Virus record (IMG/VR): IMGVR_UViG_3300034104_003795
Coordinates: 124,001 to 188,000 of that record
Length of the DNA: 64,000 bases
Direction: 5' to 3' (one strand)
Made by a program: the position numbers and the translations under genes. Within the stretch, counting starts at the first letter, position 1. Each line of letters opens with the position of its first letter. Below, in pieces: positions 19,688 through 30,831 of the stretch. The notes below the pieces were generated by a model. That model saw nothing but the letters and a program-made list of their open reading frames with translations, searched no databases and was not told the origin of the DNA.

Positions 19688-20629
19688 TTATATTAAATTT
19701 AAAATTTGAATTAATGTTGCCGCTGCAATAATTTCTTTATCAATTGCTACTGCCGATTTAGCTACGCCATCTCCTAATACAAGAATAACGTTTGCTGTAT
19801 TTTCTCCCGCATACTCATCAACCTTATCATATAGTAATGTATAAAGGTCAGAAAAATCAGTTGCCTTTGAATCTAAAATAGCCTGTCTAACATTCATATA
19901 TTTATTTCTCTTATCATCTTTTGATTTAAGAATTTCCAAAACTTTCATTTTGTAATCATTCTCTAAAAGATTTTGAACATCTACTTGCAATTTACCTTTA
20001 AGAGAGTTTAATTGACAAGTATTAATAATCTTACGAATATCAGGGTAAGAAGAATCAATAATAGGAACTAAATCTTTTGGGTCAAACTGAACATCTTCTG
20101 CTCTTAAAATCTTACTCATCTGAATAGCTACATCTTTTTTAGTAGGTGGAGTTATTTGAAAAGTTTGACAACGGCTTTGGATAGGTTCAATGATTTTTTC
20201 AACATAGTTACAAGTCAAAATGAATCGGCAATGTTTACTGAATGTTTCCATTAAGTTCCTCAAAATCGCTTGTGCGTTTGGAGTCATATAATCAAACTCA
20301 TCAAGTATAATAATTTTATACTTTTTGAATCCCATAGATGATGCAAAGTTCTTTACCTTTGTTCTTACCGTCTCAACGTTGTTTTCATCTGATGCGTTTA
20401 TAATCATATAATCACAATCAATTGATTTGATAATCAATTTTGCCAATGTTGTTTTACCAGTACCGGCTTTTCCAAAGAACAAAAGATGTGGTACATCTTC
20501 GGTTTCTATATAACCTGCTACTTTACTTTTTAAGTGTTCATTACCTACATAATCATCCAATTTAGATGGGCGATATTTTTCTACCCAAAGTGAATGATTT
20601 ATTTGTTCTTCTTCTTTAAATTCAAACAT
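19688..20629 (-). CDS. Clamp loader large subunit (RFC / T4 gp44-like AAA+ ATPase)
   Basis: WVEKYRP, GKAGTGKT, NASDE, ILDEFD and SRC motifs. Confidence 0.95.
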   Translation of the reverse strand: MFEFKEEEQINHSLWVEKYRPSKLDDYVGNEHLKSKVAGYIETEDVPHLLFFGKAGTGKTTLAKLIIKSIDCDYMIINASDENNVETVRTKVKNFASSMGFKKYKIIILDEFDYMTPNAQAILRNLMETFSKHCRFILTCNYVEKIIEPIQSRCQTFQITPPTKKDVAIQMSKILRAEDVQFDPKDLVPIIDSSYPDIRKIINTCQLNSLKGKLQVDVQNLLENDYKMKVLEILKSKDDKRNKYMNVRQAILDSKATDFSDLYTLLYDKVDEYAGENTANVILVLGDGVAKSAVAIDKEIIAAATLIQILNLI

Positions 20630-20640
20630 ATTTTTATTTT

Positions 20641-21105
20641 TTAATTTCCAGTTGAGCCGAAACCACCTTCACCTCTTTCTGTATTTGATAATTCCTCTAC
20701 TTCATTAAACTCAATTGGTGGGTGTGGAATAATCATAATTTGTGATATACGGTCACCTACTTTATAAAAGTCATTAACCGGAACTTTAGTTTCTACCGTT
20801 TCATCATAAAAACCCTCGCCACCAAATATTTTGTTAAAGGTAGCCTGTATCTCACCTCTATATCCACTATCAATCACACCAACCGAATTACTTAATTGTA
20901 AACCGGTCTTTCTGATTGATGAACGAGGAAATACTAATCCTACAAATCCGTTAGGTATTTCCATAGCCAGTCCCGTTCCATAAGTTATTTGTTCAGGAGT
21001 ATCTTTAAGGATTTCAGTTGCTACTAAATCCATTCCAGCATCACCATCTTTAGCGTATGTTGGAATTACTGCGTTACTATTCAGTTTCTTTATTTTCACT
21101 TGCAT
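20641..21105 (-). CDS. dut: Trimeric dUTPase
   Basis: AGMDL, PRSS, GVIDSGYRGE and RGEGGFGSTG motifs; start trimmed to MQVKIKK. Confidence 0.95.
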   Translation of the reverse strand: MQVKIKKLNSNAVIPTYAKDGDAGMDLVATEILKDTPEQITYGTGLAMEIPNGFVGLVFPRSSIRKTGLQLSNSVGVIDSGYRGEIQATFNKIFGGEGFYDETVETKVPVNDFYKVGDRISQIMIIPHPPIEFNEVEELSNTERGEGGFGSTGN

Positions 21106-21469
21106 AATCTTCCATGTTTTTATCAAAGTTTTCTAAATCAGCTTGAGAGTTTTTGAAAGCCTGTCTTTGAGCTTCTCTCATTTCTTTTCCTGCATCTGAA
21201 ATTTCTCTAGCGTAAATTTTAAATGTTTTTCCCGATTTACCATTTGTAAATGTAATGTATGAATTTTCTCCATTAGTTATTTCAAAAATGATTTTAGGAT
21301 TCTCATCTGCACTAATTTCAGGATCAGTCCAAGCAAATACTTGTGGTTCATCTTCATCAAATTGGAAACACCATTCACAATCTTCATATTTTTTTTGTTC
21401 TAGTTTAACTTCACCAATTGGTTCTAGTTCAACTACTTCTTCTTTTTTTGTTTTTTTAGCCTTTGCCAT
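21077..21469 (-). CDS. Hypothetical protein
   Basis: 130 aa ORF with its own upstream promoter motif. Confidence 0.65.
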   Translation of the reverse strand: MAKAKKTKKEEVVELEPIGEVKLEQKKYEDCEWCFQFDEDEPQVFAWTDPEISADENPKIIFEITNGENSYITFTNGKSGKTFKIYAREISDAGKEMREAQRQAFKNSQADLENFDKNMEDYASENKETE

Positions 21470-21488
21470 ATTATTTTATTTTGTTTTA

Positions 21489-21519
21489 CAAATATACGAA
21501 AAAAAGTTTAGAATTCAAA
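21489..21519 (-). promoter_or_regulatory. Bacteroidota-type -33/-7 promoter
   Basis: TTTG-N19-TATATTTG, overlapping the polB stop. Confidence 0.6.
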
Positions 21520-24060
21520 AAACTTTTTTGCGTTTTGTGATTCTACCGATGCCATTTCCCATTTGAGAGCACCGAAGAAATCATTTAGTTTATTTTCTAA
21601 TTCTGCTTTATATATTTCATCTCTATCTATGTATTTATCAATGAAATCCAATACATCCTTTGGGTCATTATAATCTTTGAATGCCAAAGTATCTATTCCC
21701 AATGGATTACTTTTAAGATATACCCATTTAACTTTTTCACCATCTCTAATAGGTTCATGTTTAAACGGACATTCAAAGAATTTAAGTAATCTATTATAAG
21801 CAATTCCAGCCTTAACGTGTGCAGGTGTTCCTTTCTCAAAATTAGCAATCGCCAATCCACTATCTTTTCTCCACTTACCTTTATCGTATTTACTCAATTC
21901 TTTAATAGCTCCACCTTTTGCGATTTTATTTATCGGAAGTGTATAGATACTCTTTTTAAATTCTAAAAGAGATTCATTTATTTCTTCATTGGTTTTACCC
22001 ATTAGAATGTCTTTTAACATTTTAGCCATAAACTCCTGAAATGCTTTTGGAAACGATGAACGTACTACATCCAATCCTTTTACATCCAATTTATCGCAAG
22101 GAATTCCATTCTTCAAAATCATCCATTGTGCGTATCGCTTCTTTGCTACCCAAAATCCTGCTTTACTGATATACTCTTTCTTAATCTCAAAGCGGTGTTT
22201 CTCTTTTGGAATACAAAAGAATCTTTCCGCTAGTAAGTTATAAAATGAATTTAAAAATGCTTGAGTTTCTTCTGCAACGATATTAACTTCGGATGCCATT
22301 CTAGTTTGGTCAAATGTTTTATATTCAGGATACCTAAATTTAACCAAAGGTTCTGCCATCATATAAATTGAATCAGTATCAATGTAAACATTATAATCGT
22401 CTTTTGTACCCAACTCTTTTTGGTATTTAAGATTTGCCATTTCGGCAGTTTTCTTAATTACAGTTTGACCGGTAATCGTTACTGCTTCTGCATTATCAAT
22501 ATCATAGAATCTAAATGCAACAAGTCCTAACACACCATACATTGAGTTCAAAAGAATCTTTTGTACCAACTGCCTCTTACCATAGAATTCATATTTTTCA
22601 GTATCACCCGCCTCACCATACTTCTTCTCCAACTTTCTGAACTCAACCCTTTGTTTAAACCAAGTATCTAAAATATCTGCAATCAAACCAGGTTTCTTTT
22701 GTGTATATAACACACCATTTGCAGCAACACCTAATTGATTATCTCTAATTACTTCTTCTAATTCTTTTCTATTATATGTAAACTCTTTTGTTTTACCAAC
22801 AATCGTATATTGTCTATCTTCACCCCTAACCCAAGATTCAGGATCCCAATTTGAAATCTTACCAACCTTTGTTTCAGGTGAGATATTTAAGGTCATAATG
22901 ATTGATGGATATAGAGATGTTAAGTCCAAGTCATAAATCCAATCATACTTACCAACAATTGGTTCTTTAACATATGCCCCAATAAATTTTTCTTCACCAG
23001 CTTCAGCCTGTTCTGCAAGTTTATCTTTGTGATTCTTTGGTTTATTAGGTGCTACCAATCCTTTCTTTTTAAGATAAGCTAAACAAGCTCCTTCCAAATA
23101 CTTTGATGAGAAAATGTAATCTTCATATGGTGTAAATCCAGAATGACAAATCGCTCTACTTAATTCAATAAATTGAAGTTTGGTATCCATTGATACCACC
23201 AACTCAACGTCAGTAATGTTATATTCAATAAATTTTTCTAAATCATCCTCAAATAAGTCATCCAAACTTCCCTCATATTCAACCTTACCTCTACCCAATT
23301 CTTTCATAGCGATATGATTAAGAGTATATGAACTCTCTAAACCAAAGTTGTATCGTTTATACAAACCGATATAGTCCATAATACTCACACCCGCAATACT
23401 ATAACGATTACGATAAGGTGACCAATATGTTTTACCTATACAAGATAAACGATTGGCTTGATTTTCCCCACATACATTCTTAATACGATTATAAAGATAT
23501 GGAACGTCAAAGAAATCAATATTCCATCCCGTCCAAATCGTTGCGTTTACACTTTCAACATAAGTTAAGTATTTCATCAACAATTCACGCTCACTACCAA
23601 AGATATGAACATGCACATCTCTACCATCTTTTTGAAACGATTTACCGTTTACCTTACCTTTTTTATCTACAACGAATACATGATACTCTTTTGTGGCATC
23701 ATCATACGCTGCTATTGAAGTAATTTCGTTTTCGGCTTTTTCAATGTTTGGAAGTCCTGTTATCATTTCTACCTCAATGTCAAAAGTTAAAACAATATGA
23801 CCTTTAGATGGAGTATCATCCCCATATAGGTCTACTAATACTCTGGTGGTTTCCGGTACATCTGATTCAAATAATTCCTCACCACTATCCTTTTCCCATT
23901 TAAATACTTTACTTAAACGGTCACCATGCATAGATTGATATTCCCCATTTGGGTCTTTAACATATGCATATTTTTTATATGGAAATGTGCGATACCCTAA
24001 AGTGTCATCCCACAAATGAATTAAGTTTCTATTTCTTTCAAAGAAAATGTTTTGATACAT
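21508..24060 (-). CDS. polB: Family B DNA polymerase (T4 gp43-like)
   Basis: Exonuclease motifs FDIEV, GWNIDFFD and YNITDVE; polymerase motifs DLTSLYPSII, KILLNSMYG and YIDTDS; no intein apparent. Confidence 0.97.
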   Translation of the reverse strand: MYQNIFFERNRNLIHLWDDTLGYRTFPYKKYAYVKDPNGEYQSMHGDRLSKVFKWEKDSGEELFESDVPETTRVLVDLYGDDTPSKGHIVLTFDIEVEMITGLPNIEKAENEITSIAAYDDATKEYHVFVVDKKGKVNGKSFQKDGRDVHVHIFGSERELLMKYLTYVESVNATIWTGWNIDFFDVPYLYNRIKNVCGENQANRLSCIGKTYWSPYRNRYSIAGVSIMDYIGLYKRYNFGLESSYTLNHIAMKELGRGKVEYEGSLDDLFEDDLEKFIEYNITDVELVVSMDTKLQFIELSRAICHSGFTPYEDYIFSSKYLEGACLAYLKKKGLVAPNKPKNHKDKLAEQAEAGEEKFIGAYVKEPIVGKYDWIYDLDLTSLYPSIIMTLNISPETKVGKISNWDPESWVRGEDRQYTIVGKTKEFTYNRKELEEVIRDNQLGVAANGVLYTQKKPGLIADILDTWFKQRVEFRKLEKKYGEAGDTEKYEFYGKRQLVQKILLNSMYGVLGLVAFRFYDIDNAEAVTITGQTVIKKTAEMANLKYQKELGTKDDYNVYIDTDSIYMMAEPLVKFRYPEYKTFDQTRMASEVNIVAEETQAFLNSFYNLLAERFFCIPKEKHRFEIKKEYISKAGFWVAKKRYAQWMILKNGIPCDKLDVKGLDVVRSSFPKAFQEFMAKMLKDILMGKTNEEINESLLEFKKSIYTLPINKIAKGGAIKELSKYDKGKWRKDSGLAIANFEKGTPAHVKAGIAYNRLLKFFECPFKHEPIRDGEKVKWVYLKSNPLGIDTLAFKDYNDPKDVLDFIDKYIDRDEIYKAELENKLNDFFGALKWEMASVESQNAKKFFEF

Positions 24061-24068
24061 CTATTATG

Positions 24069-25640
24069 TTATGGTTTATAAAATATAAAAATTGGTTCGT
24101 ACTTATAAAATTGCCCTTCAATCTGCATACAATTTTTCGCTTTAGATAAATCCATTCCCGTCATTGGACTCATTGTCATTCTTAATTTGCCTTTATACTC
24201 ACATCCCAATTGTGTAAGTATATCAATACTATCTTGCTCCAATGGATAAAACTTATCAGGACCAACTTTAATATCTGCAATATTCCAACATACATAACGG
24301 TCATTACGAAGATACTCATATATAGTTTCTAATGTTGGTCTTAAAAATCCATCTCTCCAACTTTCATAGTTACCAAATTTCTTAAATGATTGTGTATCAT
24401 CATCAGAATATCGTTCTCTATCAAAGTATGGCGGAGAAGTAAATGCAAAATCTAATTTACCTTTATACTTTTGAAATCTCGGGTCATCTTTAATAATTTC
24501 AGAACCAGTTGTAAAGATTTCGTATGTATTAGCGTGTCCCCAAAAAGGATTAGCTGCACCCGGTACTTTATTATTAAAGAACTCCGCAAGATACTCATAG
24601 CGAGTCTTACCGATTTCTGAAATGTAGTTTTCGGTATTAGGGTCATTTCCTATGTAATGGATATTTCTATCATCAAGACTTAATGCTCCTAATATTCTAC
24701 CACCCCAACCCGCTGATGGGTCATAGATGTTAATTACATCTTGTTTTTTAATATGTTCCGTAAATCTTTTATAAAGATATTTTGCAGTAAGTGGTGGGAA
24801 GTTTACAACCGCCTGTGTACCCATACCGATACGAAATGCAGCAGTTGCTTCAGGAAATATTCTTTGTCCTAATGGGTATATCTTAATCTGAATTGGTTGT
24901 TTTGGAACATCAACTAAATTATCAATATTCTCACCCCAATCCGCAGTTTTTAATGAAGATATGTTTTCATACTTCAATATACCAGCTGCATAAAGGTCTT
25001 TAACTTCTTGTGCAGTAATTGGCGGTGATGGAACTTTGCTATCCGCTTGTGATAAACAAAATCCATATCCTTCTTTCTTATTACCCGCTGCCCATTTTTC
25101 AATCCACTCTTTACCACTTTGGATATGTGAATTATGAAATTCTGGATTATCTAAATGTAAGGTTTTAGAAAAACGATACATACCATCTTGCCTAGTTAAT
25201 CTTCTCATTTGTTTTACAAACTCTGTCAAATAGGCATCATCTGCGAATACATCGTAGATTGATGGTTTTGGCTTATCATAAGCCGAACCACCGATTCCCG
25301 TCTTATACATCGCAGGAAAGAATTGATTAACTGGTGTTGCAAACTTATTGAAGTTAAAGATGACTTCGTTTCCGTCATCATCTTTTTCTTCAAACTTTTC
25401 TACTTTGTAAGTTTGTAGTTTAGAAAATTGTTCAATCATTTCACCTTCATCAACACCGATTCTCGGTGGTGCTCCGGTTTCATTCCAAACTCTTACTGCG
25501 AGTTCTCTAAAAAATGCCACCCACCTTTCAAAATCGGCGAATGGCATTTTAAGAACATCTTCATATAATAAGTTCACTTCCGGTTCGTACAACCAGTCAT
25601 TCTTTTCGTAGAAATATTTCTTTTTGTAATTAAAACTCAT
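24069..25640 (-). CDS. Amino-methyltransferase-fold (N4/N6 DNA MTase-like) protein 1
   Basis: YDPSAGWGGR (motif I) and FTSPPYF (motif IV); long N-terminal extension. Confidence 0.8.
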   Translation of the reverse strand: MSFNYKKKYFYEKNDWLYEPEVNLLYEDVLKMPFADFERWVAFFRELAVRVWNETGAPPRIGVDEGEMIEQFSKLQTYKVEKFEEKDDDGNEVIFNFNKFATPVNQFFPAMYKTGIGGSAYDKPKPSIYDVFADDAYLTEFVKQMRRLTRQDGMYRFSKTLHLDNPEFHNSHIQSGKEWIEKWAAGNKKEGYGFCLSQADSKVPSPPITAQEVKDLYAAGILKYENISSLKTADWGENIDNLVDVPKQPIQIKIYPLGQRIFPEATAAFRIGMGTQAVVNFPPLTAKYLYKRFTEHIKKQDVINIYDPSAGWGGRILGALSLDDRNIHYIGNDPNTENYISEIGKTRYEYLAEFFNNKVPGAANPFWGHANTYEIFTTGSEIIKDDPRFQKYKGKLDFAFTSPPYFDRERYSDDDTQSFKKFGNYESWRDGFLRPTLETIYEYLRNDRYVCWNIADIKVGPDKFYPLEQDSIDILTQLGCEYKGKLRMTMSPMTGMDLSKAKNCMQIEGQFYKYEPIFIFYKP

Positions 25641-26359
25641 TATGCAGTTAATTGTTGTTCTACTAGGTAATATTTTGCAGTGAAATCATCAATTTTAAAT
25701 TCAACGTGCGAAATACCTTGTGTTGATACTTTAAGTACAACCGCAGTTGCCTCTTTATTTGCAGTTAAGATTTCTTTCAAATACTTTGCTGAGAAAGAAA
25801 TTGGTTTAACATCACCTGCATATGCTTTATCAACTACGAACACAACTCTATTTGAGTTAATATTTGAATAACCCAATACAACTTTTAATTCTTTCTTTTC
25901 AGTAAGAATAGTAAATGTATCAACATCACTCAATGCGTTTTTAGCTTTGATAAATTTATCAATAAACGCACCATCAAAATTAATATCAACATCAAAATCA
26001 GGAAGTTTTTTCAAATCTGGTACATTTGGAATAACTGCCAAATCTGCCAATTGAAACTGAACCTTTGTGTTTTCGCTTTTAACGAAAAGGTTTACAGCTT
26101 TACCTTCAATTTCTTGTGCTTCCAACTCAATATCTTCACCAACTACCGAAAGTAATTTTGATAATGCTGATGTTGTGTACACTCCTAAATCAGGTGCACT
26201 AAATGTGAAATTATCTAATTGAATTTCACCCAATACAGTTTTGTCATCGGATATGAAACGAGTAACTAATTTGTTATCTTCCGTTTTCCATGCAACTGAT
26301 TCTACTAATCCACCCAAACTATACTTTTGGATAAATCTTGTTAATTTTGCTTTGTTCAT
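25640..26359 (-). CDS. Sliding clamp (T4 gp45-like)
   Basis: 239 aa with a two-domain clamp-like pattern, in the PolB / clamp-loader neighbourhood. Confidence 0.7.
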   Translation of the reverse strand: MNKAKLTRFIQKYSLGGLVESVAWKTEDNKLVTRFISDDKTVLGEIQLDNFTFSAPDLGVYTTSALSKLLSVVGEDIELEAQEIEGKAVNLFVKSENTKVQFQLADLAVIPNVPDLKKLPDFDVDINFDGAFIDKFIKAKNALSDVDTFTILTEKKELKVVLGYSNINSNRVVFVVDKAYAGDVKPISFSAKYLKEILTANKEATAVVLKVSTQGISHVEFKIDDFTAKYYLVEQQLTA

Positions 26360-26391
26360 TTTGTTTATGTTTAAATTTTAAATTGTGAATA

Positions 26392-26423
26392 CAAATATAC
26401 GATATTTTATTGAATCTACCAAA
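26392..26423 (-). promoter_or_regulatory. Bacteroidota-type -33/-7 promoter for clamp-MTase1-polB
   Basis: TTTG-N20-TATATTTG. Confidence 0.7.
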
Positions 26424-26424
26424 T

Positions 26425-27639
26425 TTATTTTTCCCAAATCCATATTGGTTCTCCAAATGCGTGGTTTTTTGTTTCTTCAGCCTTTTCCTTCAATTCATCG
26501 GAGTAATATTCCGATACAGCCATCCCAGCACCCCCACTATTGGGTCTTTTTGTCATTTCCATACCAATACACCCTTTATAAATTAACCCTCTGGATTGAA
26601 GGAAATCGTTCATAGAATTAACTATGTCCACATACCCCTTATCAGGTGCGGAAAATACATCCGCAATATTGATTGCCAGTATTCCACCTTTTTTTAAGGT
26701 TGGTATAATTTTGTCTAATGTTGTATGAAAGAACCCTTTGTTCCAATCATCAAACTTTTTATATCTAATCCAACTTTGAGTATCATCAAAGCTGTATCTT
26801 TCCGTATTAAAATACGGTGGTGAAGTAAAGATTGTATCAAAGAAGTTTTCATACTCTGAATAATCTACATCTTCAGCCGCCGCTTGTAACATCTTTGCAT
26901 CTTTATCTTCTTCAAAGAATGTTGTATGTTTTTTATAGAACTCAATTTGTTTTTGATAGTTAGGATGATTACTACTATTTGGGTCAATACCTAAATAAAA
27001 CTTTGTTGTTTCTCCTGCAAAGAATCCAGCTAAACGGTCACCCCATCCTGCTGAAAAATCCATAACATTTTTACTTTGAAACTTATCATAGAATGCTTTT
27101 GCAATAACAGGTTTAAATTGTGATGCAACATACTTTCTTAATGTAGTTGCCATTTTAAGAGTTTCCAAATTTACATCCAATAACATTTTATCCAAAGTAA
27201 AGTATGCTCTTACGATTGTTTTAATACCTTCTACCGTTTGCCAAGTTTTCCAACCCGATGGTGTTCTAACCCAATCAACCTTCCAACGATTTTCTATATG
27301 AAATGGATTGGATGCATTATTACCTACATTAGTTCTTCTAAAATAATATTCAGAACCATCATAAGTTAATGGATACTTTGATACTCTTTCATTACGTGGA
27401 AACCATTTACCTTCTACTAAAATATCAGGCCACCAAGTTCCTTTTAATTTTTTATAAGCATCTAACGTATCTTCTTCTGTGATAGTTGGTATTGGTGGTG
27501 GGTATGTATGCAATACTTCTGAAAGTTCATCTATGATTTCTTTTTTCGTATAAGTTTTGAGAATAGTTTGCCATTCGTCTTTTTCAATACGAAGATACGG
27601 CTCCATCCCATAAAATTTTTTGAAGTATTCTTTTATCAT
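26425..27639 (-). CDS. Amino-methyltransferase-fold protein 2
   Basis: DFSAGWGDR and FTSPPYF; start trimmed to MIKEYF. Confidence 0.8.
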   Translation of the reverse strand: MIKEYFKKFYGMEPYLRIEKDEWQTILKTYTKKEIIDELSEVLHTYPPPIPTITEEDTLDAYKKLKGTWWPDILVEGKWFPRNERVSKYPLTYDGSEYYFRRTNVGNNASNPFHIENRWKVDWVRTPSGWKTWQTVEGIKTIVRAYFTLDKMLLDVNLETLKMATTLRKYVASQFKPVIAKAFYDKFQSKNVMDFSAGWGDRLAGFFAGETTKFYLGIDPNSSNHPNYQKQIEFYKKHTTFFEEDKDAKMLQAAAEDVDYSEYENFFDTIFTSPPYFNTERYSFDDTQSWIRYKKFDDWNKGFFHTTLDKIIPTLKKGGILAINIADVFSAPDKGYVDIVNSMNDFLQSRGLIYKGCIGMEMTKRPNSGGAGMAVSEYYSDELKEKAEETKNHAFGEPIWIWEK

Positions 27640-28865
27640 AATTTTTTCCAAATCCAAATAGGTTCACAAAATGTTTTATCACCGGCTTCTTCCGCCTTTT
27701 TCAAAGCTTCTTCGCTATATCTTTCCTCATCTCCTTCTATGATAGAACCCGCTCCAGCACTACCAGGTCTTTTCGCCATTTCCATTCCCAAACATCCTTC
27801 GTATTCTGCACCTAATGTTTGAATAAAATCATTCATTGGATTACATATCTCTTTATAACCTTTACCATCTCCTTTGGAACTTGCATATACATCTGCAATA
27901 TTAACTGCGAGGATACCACCTTTCTTTAAAGTAGGCCAAACGTTTGCAATTGTTTTATGTAAAAACTCTTTATTCCAAGCATCAATATTTTTATATCTAA
28001 CCCAACTTTGAGTATCATCGTAAGAATATCTCTCTACGTTGAAATACGGTGGTGAACTAAATACAATATCAAAGTGCTCTTTATATTGAGTTAAATCTGC
28101 ATCTTCCGCCGGTGATTCTATAAAATCAGCTTTCTTTTCAGTTTCAAAGAATGAATTGTGTTTAGTATAGAATTCCGCCTGTTTACGATATATTGGATGA
28201 TTTTCTTTTCTAGGGTCTATTCCTACATAATGTTCACCATTTTCAGATGCAAAGAATCCACATAATCTATCACCCCATCCCGCTGATATATCTAATACAT
28301 TTTTAGCTCCATAAAAATCATACAATACTTTTGCTGCATTTGGTTTAAATTGAGAACAAATATATTTTCTCAAACTTAAACACACTCTTAATTGGTTTCT
28401 ACCAACTTCATCAAATTTAAGAGTATATAACCCACCCATTAGAGTTGTCATAAATTCTTTACTTGCCCAAGTTCTAGAAGGTCCAGGTGATACCGTTCCA
28501 TCTACACTCCAACGATTTGCTTGTTGAAAATGATTTGATGCATCATTTCCGGTATTTAATCTACGAATGTATTGTGGTTTACCTTGAAAATCTAAAGAGT
28601 ATCTAAAATCTGATGCCTTTCTTGGAAACCATTCACCTTCGGTAAATAATTCATTCCAACGAATACCTTTTAATGCAAGATATTCTTTTCTAGCATCATC
28701 TTCACTTATTTCAGCAAAAGGCAATTCGTATGCCATACACACTTCTGCTAATGATTCTTTAACATCATTAACATCAAATGTTTTTTTAATATAAGTCCAT
28801 TCTTCTGAATTTATATATAGGTATGGCTGCATACCTTTAAATTTATCAAAATATTCTAAATACAT
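27636..28865 (-). CDS. Amino-methyltransferase-fold protein 3
   Basis: DISAGWGDR and FSSPPYF; clear paralog of 26425..27639. Confidence 0.8.
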   Translation of the reverse strand: MYLEYFDKFKGMQPYLYINSEEWTYIKKTFDVNDVKESLAEVCMAYELPFAEISEDDARKEYLALKGIRWNELFTEGEWFPRKASDFRYSLDFQGKPQYIRRLNTGNDASNHFQQANRWSVDGTVSPGPSRTWASKEFMTTLMGGLYTLKFDEVGRNQLRVCLSLRKYICSQFKPNAAKVLYDFYGAKNVLDISAGWGDRLCGFFASENGEHYVGIDPRKENHPIYRKQAEFYTKHNSFFETEKKADFIESPAEDADLTQYKEHFDIVFSSPPYFNVERYSYDDTQSWVRYKNIDAWNKEFLHKTIANVWPTLKKGGILAVNIADVYASSKGDGKGYKEICNPMNDFIQTLGAEYEGCLGMEMAKRPGSAGAGSIIEGDEERYSEEALKKAEEAGDKTFCEPIWIWKKL

Positions 28866-29377
28866 ACTGTTTCTATATTTTTGTTTGCAACCAATCTCAA
28901 TCTGAATACTATACCATTTATAACTCCGTCTTTTTTACTAGTCCAAGTTATATCACTATCTTTTACAAAACCATATCTCTCATAAAATAATACGGCTCTA
29001 TAATTGAATGCCCTAACGGTTAAGAATAGATTCTCTGCATGTTGTGATTTACAATATTCTACAAACTCATCTAATACTTCTTTTGAAGCATTTGTTTTAG
29101 AGTGATTTGTTGCAATTTGATGAAGAATATAATCTCCTTTCTTTTTATATGTAGTAGCATTTTTACTCATTCTACCATGAGATTTATATTTTCCAAAAGT
29201 GATAACAACACCGTCTTGCAGTATCATACCACCCTTTTCAATATACTTTTCCAACTTAAAGCCTTGCTTATATAAGTGTGGAAATATTTCAGGATACAAA
29301 TCAATAATAGTTGAAGCCTGATTTACAGCTTCAATCATTTCAGTTGTACCTTTTTCAGCTTTTACAAAATTAAGCAT
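28856..29377 (-). CDS. GNAT-family acyltransferase
   Basis: LHQIA...LFLTVRAFNYRAVLFYERYGF C-terminal GNAT signature; the CoA-binding loop looks degenerate. Confidence 0.75.
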   Translation of the reverse strand: MLNFVKAEKGTTEMIEAVNQASTIIDLYPEIFPHLYKQGFKLEKYIEKGGMILQDGVVITFGKYKSHGRMSKNATTYKKKGDYILHQIATNHSKTNASKEVLDEFVEYCKSQHAENLFLTVRAFNYRAVLFYERYGFVKDSDITWTSKKDGVINGIVFRLRLVANKNIETVCI

Positions 29378-30827
29378 ATTGAAAGAATTTATTTAAGTTT
29401 AGTTCGTCTTTATACAAATATAAGGATTTTAATTGAGATTTCAAAATATCTTTTTTAGCTTCCATCATATCACCTGTCCTACATCCTTTTGCGAAGTAAA
29501 CTTTAGGTCTATATAATAGTTCATCGGAAATCTCACCTTTGAATGCAGCTCTTAATAGTGGTTTCATATGTCCACCTTCTTTTTGATATAATGGTGGAAT
29601 ATTTAAAGTATATTCAACAAACGGTCTCCAACTATACGGAGTTCTTACCTCAACGGTTCCACCCCACATAATAGATTGGTTTGTTGTTAAGAAGTTTGTC
29701 TTATGTACATCTTCTACTAATTTTCTTCTGGCCTTATCGTAATCTTCGGGTTTGTAATGGAACGCTTGAATGTGCCCATAACTACCCCATATCTCATCGG
29801 ATAGGTCACCACTAAATACAACTTTGAATCCTAACTCATTTATCTTTTTAGATAGTGCTATTTGTGCAATTGCACTACCAACGTTTTGCCATCTACCTTG
29901 CTCAATAACATAAAGAGTTTCTTTAACCGCATCTTCAACATCCTGTTCGGTTAAAATAATTTCATGCAATTTTACTCCAAATTCTTTTGCAGCAATTCTA
30001 GCATATTTTATATCATCATTTTTAGTATCACCATCACCCATTGATACAACGAATGCTTCAATATCAGGTTTAATTTTAGAAAGAATATATGTAGTGATAA
30101 CGGAATCAATACCACCGCTAAGAATAGTACAAATAGGAACATCTGATACCATCTTAACTTTTACAGCTTCTTCCAACATTGTTCTAATATTCGTAACGAT
30201 AGTTTCTCTATCATCATTTATTATTTCATTTGGAAGTTTATAATAAGTTTGCGTTGAATGTTCTAATGTTTTATAGTTGTATTCTAAATAAGTTCCTGGA
30301 TAAATTGCCTTTACTTGCTTTTCATAAAGTTCTGATATTGGTAATCCTTTCTTTTCAGAACAAAATACCATCTTACCATCGTTATCAATTGCATACCATA
30401 AAGGTAACTCACCAACGTAATCTCTAACTACAAATATTTTATTAATTTTGGTATCAACTATTGCAAATGAAAACATCCCATCCAAATCTTTGAATGAATC
30501 AGTTCCAAATTCACAATAAGCATTAAGAATTATTTCAGTATCAGATTTTGTTTTAAATGGAATTGTAATTTTATCTTTTAATTCTTTTGTGTAATTACTA
30601 TCCCATAACTCTCCATTATATACAATACATACAGTCTTATCGCCATTCCACATTGGTTGGTTTGCTGTTGAAGATAAATCTTGAATTGAAAGACGATTGT
30701 GTCCAACAAAGACACTGTCTATCTCGTCTACAATAGAAGCATCTCTACCTCTATGAATTATTTTTTGTAAATGGGTATGGGTCTGCTTACTAGAAGTAAA
30801 CCAATTACCGCCTATTATTCCACACAT
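29370..30827 (-). CDS. Asparagine-synthetase-B-like glutamine amidotransferase (Ntn + PP-loop)
   Basis: MCGIIG N-terminal Cys, HRGRD, HNRLSI, YNGELW, SDTE, LSGGIDS and EVRTPY. Confidence 0.9.
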   Translation of the reverse strand: MCGIIGGNWFTSSKQTHTHLQKIIHRGRDASIVDEIDSVFVGHNRLSIQDLSSTANQPMWNGDKTVCIVYNGELWDSNYTKELKDKITIPFKTKSDTEIILNAYCEFGTDSFKDLDGMFSFAIVDTKINKIFVVRDYVGELPLWYAIDNDGKMVFCSEKKGLPISELYEKQVKAIYPGTYLEYNYKTLEHSTQTYYKLPNEIINDDRETIVTNIRTMLEEAVKVKMVSDVPICTILSGGIDSVITTYILSKIKPDIEAFVVSMGDGDTKNDDIKYARIAAKEFGVKLHEIILTEQDVEDAVKETLYVIEQGRWQNVGSAIAQIALSKKINELGFKVVFSGDLSDEIWGSYGHIQAFHYKPEDYDKARRKLVEDVHKTNFLTTNQSIMWGGTVEVRTPYSWRPFVEYTLNIPPLYQKEGGHMKPLLRAAFKGEISDELLYRPKVYFAKGCRTGDMMEAKKDILKSQLKSLYLYKDELNLNKFFQYA

Positions 30828-30831
30828 ATAA